Origin: Gemmataceae bacterium
GTDB lineage: Bacteria; Planctomycetota; Planctomycetia; Gemmatales; Gemmataceae
Assembly: GCA_031362705.1 (NCBI GenBank)
Contig: JANLTA010000552.1
Location: forward strand, 1 to 33,717
Reading direction: 5' to 3'
Length of the DNA stretch: 33,717 nucleotides
Position 1 is the stretch's first letter. Every line of letters starts with the position of its first letter. The notes beneath the pieces are model-generated. The model saw only the letters and a program-made list of their open reading frames with translations. It was not told the origin of the DNA and did not search any database. Made by a program: the position numbers and the translations under genes. Of this stretch, positions 1 through 6,126 are shown piece after piece.

Positions 1-1104
1 CGCGCGCTTGGCCGACCCCTTCTTCTTGGACGCCTTCTTCTTCACTGGCGCATCCTTGCCGGACGCTCCGGGCCGGAGTGCACGCACGGCCTTCCCGGCA
101 CGCCAGATCTCTTCGTTGCCGAGGGCCGCGAGCTCCTTATCGAGCCGCTCGCGATAGTCGGAGCGACTGCACGTGGTGATGACGATCCGAGCCTCGTTGC
201 CCGACTCGACGCTCTTGTAGAGCTCCTCGTAGACGGGCGCGACCGCCTCCCTGAACTTGTGCCGCCAGTCGAGCGCGCCCCGCTGCGCGGTGGTCGAGCA
301 GTTGGCGTACATCCAGTCCATGCCCTTCTCGGCAATGAGCGGGTACAGCGACTGCGTCGCCTCCTCGACGGTTTCATTGAATGCCTCGGCGGGACTGTGA
401 CCATGTTCGCGCAACACCTCGTATTGAGCCAACCAAAGTCCGTAAATTGCCCCGACTAACACGCCACGCTCGCCGACGAGGTCGCAGATCGTCTCTTTTT
501 GAAACGTTGTCTCGTATTGATGCACCGCGCCGATGCCGACACCGAGCGCCAAGCAGCGATCGCGAGCGCGTCCCGTTGCGTCGTGATTGATCGCGTAGCT
601 GGCATTGAGTCCGCGACCTTCAACAAAGTTGCGTCGCAGCGTCGTGCCCGAACCTTTCGGTGCAACCATGAACACATCAACACCATCCGGCGGCACTACG
701 CCTGTATCATTCTGATACACGATGGAGAAGCCGTGAGCGAAGCACAGGCCCTTGCCCGGCGTGAGGTGTGGCTTGAGTTGCGGCCAATAGTCTTTCTGGC
801 CGGCGTCGGAAAGTAAAAAAAGAACGATGGTGCCACGACGGGCGGCTACATCAAGTGGATACAGCGACTGGCCTGGCAACCAACCGTCTTGCACCGCAAC
901 TGACCAACCGGGTGATTCGGTGCGCAACCCGACGATAACTTTGACGCCGTTGTCGCGCAGGTTCAGCGATTGCCCGCGGCCTTGAACGCCGTAGCCGAGA
1001 ACGGCGACAGTCTCATGTCCGAGAATCTCACGAAGTCGAGCTGGTGGATAATCTGATCGTTCAACGACAGTTTCCTTGAACTCGCCGATCTGAATGTCAC
1101 GCAT
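1..1104 (-). CDS. ilvC: ketol-acid reductoisomerase (class I); the 3' end runs off the window
   Basis: Absent from the ORF track because no stop codon lies in the window. My minus-strand translation from the ATG at 1104 reads MRDIQIGEFKETVVERSDYP...ETVAVLGYGVQGRGQSLNLRDNGVKVIVGLR (KARI Rossmann GxGxQG) ...DLVGERGVLVGAIYGLW...ANCSTTAQRGALDW. It is still open in frame at base 1 (...VKKKASKKKGSAKRA). Confidence 0.9.
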   Translation of the reverse strand, partial: MRDIQIGEFKETVVERSDYPPARLREILGHETVAVLGYGVQGRGQSLNLRDNGVKVIVGLRTESPGWSVAVQDGWLPGQSLYPLDVAARRGTIVLFLLSDAGQKDYWPQLKPHLTPGKGLCFAHGFSIVYQNDTGVVPPDGVDVFMVAPKGSGTTLRRNFVEGRGLNASYAINHDATGRARDRCLALGVGIGAVHQYETTFQKETICDLVGERGVLVGAIYGLWLAQYEVLREHGHSPAEAFNETVEEATQSLYPLIAEKGMDWMYANCSTTAQRGALDWRHKFREAVAPVYEELYKSVESGNEARIVITTCSRSDYRERLDKELAALGNEEIWRAGKAVRALRPGASGKDAPVKKKASKKKGSAKRA

Positions 1105-1110
1105 GGCGGG

Positions 1111-1401
1111 TCACCCATCCACCACATCTTCAAGGCGCGTGACGGCAACGATGTCGCTGCGGAAGACTAGTAGTCGCTTGCGGTTGCGTTTGATGCCGGT
1201 GGCAACTGACTCCGCGACGTACAGCTCACGGGTGGTGTCCGTGTCGCGCAGGTCGTGAAAATCGGCGTTGCGGACATCGAGGAATTGTTCGTCGACTGCT
1301 GCAAGCGTGCCGAGGCAGACAAAGGTGCTCCGCAAATCGACAACGACCTTTTGACCCACATATTCTTGCAGCACGGCACCCCTCCAGCGCGTTTCAATCA
1401 T
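1111..1401 (-). CDS. small Sm-like (LSm-fold) protein, hypothetical
   Basis: 96-aa ORF. Its stop lies 6 nt upstream of the ilvC ATG, which suggests an operon. An Sm1-like pattern (LQEYVGQKVVVDLRSTFVCLGTLAAVDEQFLDVRNA) and an Sm2-like pattern (RLLVFRSDIVAVTRL) are separated by a charged loop. The fold call is motif-based only. Confidence 0.5.
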   Translation of the reverse strand: MIETRWRGAVLQEYVGQKVVVDLRSTFVCLGTLAAVDEQFLDVRNADFHDLRDTDTTRELYVAESVATGIKRNRKRLLVFRSDIVAVTRLEDVVDG

Positions 1402-1475
1402 CTTACCAGCCGTGGCACCGGGCGGATGGGCTATATGTTAATCGTTAGAGGCCGACGCCAACTGAGAGTTACATC

Positions 1476-2663
1476 GTGTCCATGCCGCACTTGCCCGAAT
1501 TGTTTGTCAGCACTCGAGCTGAGCTGGAAGCCTGTTGCGAGCACATCGCGGGTTGCTCGGTATTTGGCTTCGATACCGAGTTCATTGGTGAACAGACGTT
1601 TCACCCGCGGTTGTGCCTGGTGCAGGCGGCGACGCCGGAGAAGTTGTTTGTCATTGACCCGTTGGAGCTTGAAGACCTGAAGCCGTTTTGGGAGTTGGTG
1701 GCCGACCCGAAGCGGGTGGCCGTGGTTCATGCCGGTCGCGAAGAGATGCGGATGTGCCGGCACCATCTTGGCCGGGCTGCGACGAACGCCTTTGATTTGC
1801 AAATCGCCGCAGGCCTGATTGGTGCGGGCTACCCGGCCGGGCACGGCACACTCGTGCAGCAGTTGTTGAAGATTCGCCTCCATAAGGGCGAGACGCTAAC
1901 GGACTGGTCACGCCGGCCACTTACGAAACATCAGATTCGATATGCCTACGATGATGTTCGCTATCTCTTACCGCTCTACGATAAGATTCGCAAGAAGCTG
2001 GTTGAGCTAGGTCGTCTGGATTGGGCGACCGAAGAACTGGCGACGGTGCATTCACGATGGCTCGACGATGATCCCGAGCGTGAACCGTGGCGGAAGCTGC
2101 GTGGCCTCGGCAATTGCAATCGCCGCGAGCTGGCCGTGGTCCGCGAGATCTTTGCATGGCGCACGGAACGTGCCGACATCGTGAACAAACCCGCCCGCTA
2201 CTTGTTGCGCGATGATTTGATCATTGAGTTGGCCAGGCGCATGCCGACCACCGAGAAGGACATGTTGCTCGTGCGCGGCGTGACCAAGCACGATGTGGCC
2301 GGGCTGCTTGCGGCCATCGGTCGCGGTTGTGCCATCGCGGATCATGATTTGCCGCCAGCCGCCGATCGCGATAATGATCCGCCGCAAGTCGCCATTGTCA
2401 ACGGGCTATTACAAGCCGTGCTGGCGTCTTTTTGTGCCGACGAACGGCTCACACCGGCATTGGTCGCCACCAGCGCGGATTTGAAATCACTCATCCGTGC
2501 TGAGATGGACGACGCCGAGCCGGCAACCAGCGCACTTTCCGGCGGCTGGCGTGCCCAACACGTGCTGCCGGTATTAATGGACGTGCTGCAAGGTCGCCGC
2601 GGAATTCGCGTGGGGCAGGTGAAAAACATGGCCCCGCTGACGTTGGAAGGAACAACTTCCTGA
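1476..2663 (+). CDS. rnd: ribonuclease D (DEDD 3'-5' exonuclease plus HRDC domain)
   Basis: 395-aa ORF. The ExoI motif is FGFDTEFIGEQTFHPRLCLVQAAT. YAYDDVRYLLPLY and a C-terminal HRDC-like region follow. Start is GTG at 1476 (GAGAG lies 7 nt upstream) or ATG at 1482. Confidence 0.9.
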   Translation: MSMPHLPELFVSTRAELEACCEHIAGCSVFGFDTEFIGEQTFHPRLCLVQAATPEKLFVIDPLELEDLKPFWELVADPKRVAVVHAGREEMRMCRHHLGRAATNAFDLQIAAGLIGAGYPAGHGTLVQQLLKIRLHKGETLTDWSRRPLTKHQIRYAYDDVRYLLPLYDKIRKKLVELGRLDWATEELATVHSRWLDDDPEREPWRKLRGLGNCNRRELAVVREIFAWRTERADIVNKPARYLLRDDLIIELARRMPTTEKDMLLVRGVTKHDVAGLLAAIGRGCAIADHDLPPAADRDNDPPQVAIVNGLLQAVLASFCADERLTPALVATSADLKSLIRAEMDDAEPATSALSGGWRAQHVLPVLMDVLQGRRGIRVGQVKNMAPLTLEGTTS

Positions 2664-2713
2664 TCGCGCTTGGCCAACCCGTCACTTTTTCATTCGGTAG
2701 TGCCGCTAGCCGA

Positions 2714-2742
2714 TTGCGTTGACGACAAGACAACGCTACAAT
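2714..2742 (+). promoter_or_regulatory. candidate sigma70-type promoter for hpf
   Basis: TTGCGT (2714-2719), a 17-nt spacer, then TACAAT (2737-2742), about 65 nt upstream of the hpf GTG. This is a pattern match only, and planctomycete promoter consensus is poorly defined. Confidence 0.3.
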
Positions 2743-2807
2743 GGCCAAAGAGATGGCATTGGCGGACCGCTCCGTCAGGCTGTCGCACCCGCAACCGGGA
2801 GAACCGC

Positions 2808-3146
2808 GTGCAAGTAAAAATCTCCGCCCGACATGGGCATTTGAGTGAAGCCGCCCACCAACTGATTGAGGAAAAGGCGTCTAACCTGGTACATTTTTTC
2901 GACCGGCTCACGATGATCGAAGTCACCGTCGACTTGGGCGACGAATTGCATAAGACCGTCGAAATCCTCGCCCGCTCGGAACACAAGCACGATTTCGTAT
3001 CGCGAGAGTCGGCCAGCGAAATACAGACTGCACTCGACCAGGCAATTCATAAAATTGAACGACAGCTGACCAAACACAAGGAGAAAATCCAGGACCATCG
3101 CCGCGATATGCACGTCGGCGAGATTACCCGGGCCGAACGGGAATAG
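2808..3146 (+). CDS. hpf: ribosome hibernation promoting factor / RaiA family (short form)
   Basis: The homologous part of the 158-aa ORF starts at GTG 2808, with GGGAGA 5 nt upstream. It reads VQVKISARHGHLSEAAHQLIEEKASNLVHFFDRLTMIEVTVDL...EIQTALDQAIHKIERQLTKHKEK, typical of the sigma-54 modulation protein/S30EA family. Confidence 0.85.
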   Translation: MQVKISARHGHLSEAAHQLIEEKASNLVHFFDRLTMIEVTVDLGDELHKTVEILARSEHKHDFVSRESASEIQTALDQAIHKIERQLTKHKEKIQDHRRDMHVGEITRAERE

Positions 3147-3187
3147 AATGGTTTTGGATCGCTCGTGGCAGGAGAGGGGACCGGCCC

Positions 3188-3652
3188 ATGCGTATGTCCG
3201 ATTTCGTGGTCTGGGAAGCGATCGTTCCCCGATTGGAACAAACCACGAAAGAAGGAATCGTCCGCGAGATCGTGGAGAGCCTGCGTTCGGCCGGCTGTTT
3301 CAAGACCGACGATTCCGAAGCCATCGTCAAAGCAATCCTCAAGCGCGAGCAGCTCGGCTCCACGGGCATTGGCGGTGGGAAAGCGATCCCGCACGGCAAG
3401 AGCATGGCCGTGGACAAACTGATTGGCACGGTGGCCATTTCGCCGGCCGGTGTCAACTTTGATTCGATCGACAACGAACCTGCTCACGTTTTCGTTCTCC
3501 TTATTTCGCCGCAGGATCGACCCGGCGATCACTTGCGGGCATTGGAAAGCGTCGTCCGGACCATGAAGGACGACAACTACGTCAAGGCTCTGCGCGAAGC
3601 GGGATCGCGTGAAGCGATCAAGAAACTGTTGGATGAACCGCCCGGCGGCTGA
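3188..3652 (+). CDS. ptsN: PTS EIIA-Ntr type regulatory protein
   Basis: 154 aa. PTS EIIA type-2 signature includes the phospho-His (REQLGSTGIGGGKAIPHGKS), followed by HVFVLLISPQDRPGDHLRALE. It sits directly downstream of hpf, as in rpoN-operon style clusters. Confidence 0.85.
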   Translation: MRMSDFVVWEAIVPRLEQTTKEGIVREIVESLRSAGCFKTDDSEAIVKAILKREQLGSTGIGGGKAIPHGKSMAVDKLIGTVAISPAGVNFDSIDNEPAHVFVLLISPQDRPGDHLRALESVVRTMKDDNYVKALREAGSREAIKKLLDEPPGG

Positions 3653-3665
3653 CGCCGAAGGCTGA

Positions 3666-3992
3666 ATGGACGGACGAGCTATGAACGCCCCCACGATTAC
3701 TGTTGCACCCGGCGACGCCCTGCGTCGAGACATCGTCGTTGCCAACCCACAGGGCTTGCACCTGCGGCCGGCCACCGCTTTCGCCAAACTTGCCCGCCAA
3801 TTCGCTTGTGCGGTGTTCGTACTCCGCGACGACCGCCGAGCCAATGGTAAGAGCCAGATGGAACTGCTACTTCTCGCGGCCGAGCCAGGCTCGCGGCTCA
3901 CGCTGGAAGTCGACGGCAGCGATGCTGAGCTGGCAATTGACCCGCTGGCCGAGATGCTGGCCGACCAGGGCAGCGAAGACGAGCCAGAGTGA
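3666..3992 (+). CDS. ptsH: HPr/NPr phosphocarrier protein
   Basis: Contains the His site ANPQGLHLRPATAFAKLA and a Ser46-like site ANGKSQMELLLLAAEPGSRLTLEVDGSDAE. The start may instead be the second ATG at 3681. Confidence 0.85.
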   Translation: MDGRAMNAPTITVAPGDALRRDIVVANPQGLHLRPATAFAKLARQFACAVFVLRDDRRANGKSQMELLLLAAEPGSRLTLEVDGSDAELAIDPLAEMLADQGSEDEPE

Positions 3993-4051
3993 CAACTCGG
4001 CGAACGACTGTCACTTTTGTCTGAAATCACCGGATCAATCTCGCACCCGGC

Positions 4052-5803
4052 ATGATAACACGACGCGGAATCCCTGTTTCACCCGGCGTGGCTCTCGGGC
4101 CAGTGTTTATCCTTGATTCCACATCGTTTCGCATTCATAGCCGTAAGATTCGCGCCGGCGACGTCGATAGCGAGATCAAGAGACTTCAGACAGCGTTGGA
4201 TGCGGCCATCGCCGATGCACGGGTGGAACAACAATCTGTCAGCTCGCAACTCGGCTCGCACTATGGAGCAATCTTCGAGGCGCATGCCCTGCTGCTGGAA
4301 GATCCGGCGCTTCTCAGCGAAATTGAACGTCATATCCGCGATGATCTTTTCACAGCGGCATATTCCGTCAGTAAAGTCTCACGCCGGTTTGCCAAAGCCC
4401 TGCTGGACTTCAAAGGTGGGGCGGCGATGGCGAGTCGCTCTGCCGATTTGCATGACATTGAAAACCGCGTCTTGAGACATCTCCTTGGCGCTCACAGCGA
4501 AGGATTGAAAGACCTGCACGAACCAGTGATCGTCGTGGCACATGAGTTAACGCCGAGCCAGACCGCACAGCTCAATCCCAAGTTGGTTCATGCGTTTGTG
4601 ACCGAAGCCGGCGGCCGCGCCAGCCACACAGCCATTATCGCCGCGGCGCTGGAAATCCCGGCCATCGTCGGCGTGGGGCCGTTCCTTTCCGATGTGTCCA
4701 GCGGCGACGAAGTGGTCGTCGATGGAATGCACGGCATCTTTATCATCAATCCGGATGATGAAGCCCGACACCGGTTTGAATCGGCGCGAAAATCCTACGC
4801 GAGCTTTGAGCGCGAGTTGGACGAGATGCGCGATTTGCCGGCCGTCACAAAGGATGGCCACAAAGTCACGCTTTTAGGTAACATCGAGTTTCCACACGAG
4901 GCGGCTCACGCTATCGAACGCGGTGCCGAGGGTATCGGCCTATATCGCACCGAGTTCTTATATCTCAGCCGAGACGAAGACCCGACGGAAGAAGAGCAAT
5001 TTGAAGCATTCCGCCGCGTGCTGCAGGATATGCCGCCGTGTACACCACTCGTGATCCGCACACTGGATTTGGGCGCCGATAAGTTTAATCCCCGATCCGG
5101 GCCTGCCGTGGATGAGCAGAATCCCGTGCTTGGCCTGCGCAGCGTGCGCCTGTGCTTGCAGAACCTGCCGCTGTTCAAGACCCAATTGCGCGCCATCATG
5201 CGTGCCAGCGTATTTGGCGATGTGCGCATATTATTGCCCATGATTTCCGGTCTGCGCGAGCTGCGACAGTGCAAATTGATACTGCGGGATGTGACGGAAG
5301 ATCTTGAAGAGGAAGGAGTTGCGTTCAATAATTCAGTGCCGATCGGCACCATGATCGAGATTCCGTCGGCAGCCATCGTGGCCGACCGCCTGGCACGCGA
5401 CGTGGATTTTCTTTCCATAGGTACCAATGATCTTGTACAGTATACTTTAGCGGCCGACCGTACCAACGAGCACGTCGCCGAGGTTTACAGCGCTAGCGAT
5501 CCTGCCGTGTTGCAGTTGATTCAGCGTGTCCTTGATGTCGAGCGTGACACCGGCAAGCCGGTGAATGTGTGCGGTGCAATGAGTGGCGAGCCTGTGTATG
5601 TGGCATTGCTGCTCGGTATGGGCCTACGGCAGTTCAGCGTACCGCCGCATAACATCCCCGAAGTGAAACGGGTGATACGGGCAACGACGCTGACCGATGC
5701 CAAAGAGGTTGCCACGCAGGCGCTCCAATTGGAGACCGCCACCGAGGTAACCAATTATTTACGCGACCAAACGCTCCGATTGCTTCCGGGTTATGAGATC
5801 TGA
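4052..5803 (+). CDS. ptsI: phosphoenolpyruvate-protein phosphotransferase (Enzyme I)
   Basis: 583 aa. Starts MITRRGIPVSPGVALGPVFIL. The phospho-His region is TEAGGRASHTAIIAAALEIPAIVG. The PEP-utilising C-terminal domain includes GIGLYRTEFLYL and SIGTNDLVQYTLA. There is no N-terminal GAF domain, so it is PtsI-like rather than PtsP-like. Confidence 0.92.
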   Translation: MITRRGIPVSPGVALGPVFILDSTSFRIHSRKIRAGDVDSEIKRLQTALDAAIADARVEQQSVSSQLGSHYGAIFEAHALLLEDPALLSEIERHIRDDLFTAAYSVSKVSRRFAKALLDFKGGAAMASRSADLHDIENRVLRHLLGAHSEGLKDLHEPVIVVAHELTPSQTAQLNPKLVHAFVTEAGGRASHTAIIAAALEIPAIVGVGPFLSDVSSGDEVVVDGMHGIFIINPDDEARHRFESARKSYASFERELDEMRDLPAVTKDGHKVTLLGNIEFPHEAAHAIERGAEGIGLYRTEFLYLSRDEDPTEEEQFEAFRRVLQDMPPCTPLVIRTLDLGADKFNPRSGPAVDEQNPVLGLRSVRLCLQNLPLFKTQLRAIMRASVFGDVRILLPMISGLRELRQCKLILRDVTEDLEEEGVAFNNSVPIGTMIEIPSAAIVADRLARDVDFLSIGTNDLVQYTLAADRTNEHVAEVYSASDPAVLQLIQRVLDVERDTGKPVNVCGAMSGEPVYVALLLGMGLRQFSVPPHNIPEVKRVIRATTLTDAKEVATQALQLETATEVTNYLRDQTLRLLPGYEI

Positions 5804-6126
5804 ACAAGCATCGGCTGGCGATACATAGGAGAGCGGCGACCGCGGGGTTGAATGTGCGGCCGGCTATGGACATGCCGGCGGCGACTCCCGGGCCGCGAGG
5901 ATTTCGTGAATCACCTTGGCGTGCCGCTTACGGCTCATTGCCCGGCGGCGCAGACTATTCGTGACTTTGAATTGCGGACCATTTGGCCCGCCCGGCGGTG
6001 TGTCGCCGCCATCTCTGATTACCAACCCTCATCACCACGCCTTCCCACCCGCGAATCGCGGCCCGGCCATCGCCGCGCGGCTCGTCGGTCGAAGGCGGTT
6101 CCACACCGCTTAGCGAAAGAGAGCTT
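5804..6126 (+). promoter_or_regulatory. long GC-rich untranslated leader upstream of the RNase E/G gene
   Basis: A 323-nt non-coding gap with several short hairpins, for example GCCGGCtatggacatGCCGGC and GGCGgtgtgtCGCC. The only ORFs here are short and Arg/Pro-rich, so they look like shadows. A regulatory role is inferred by analogy with E. coli rne. Confidence 0.3.

Noticed and set aside
2664-3187. A sigma-54 (-24/-12) promoter associated with hpf/ptsN.
   Set aside because: No TGGCAC-N5-TTGC match occurs in the hpf or ptsN upstream regions. The TGGCAC hexamers elsewhere (for example at 1414, 3424, 9120 and 24866) lack a correctly spaced TTGC/GC element.
3047-4030. A 327-aa minus-strand ORF antisense to ptsN and HPr. 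Similar antisense ORFs lie at 4906-5466, 11174-11804, 29632-30261 and 26611-27183.
   Set aside because: These are Ser/Arg/Ala-rich translations with no motifs. Each lies opposite a confidently identified conserved gene, so they are typical high-GC shadow ORFs.
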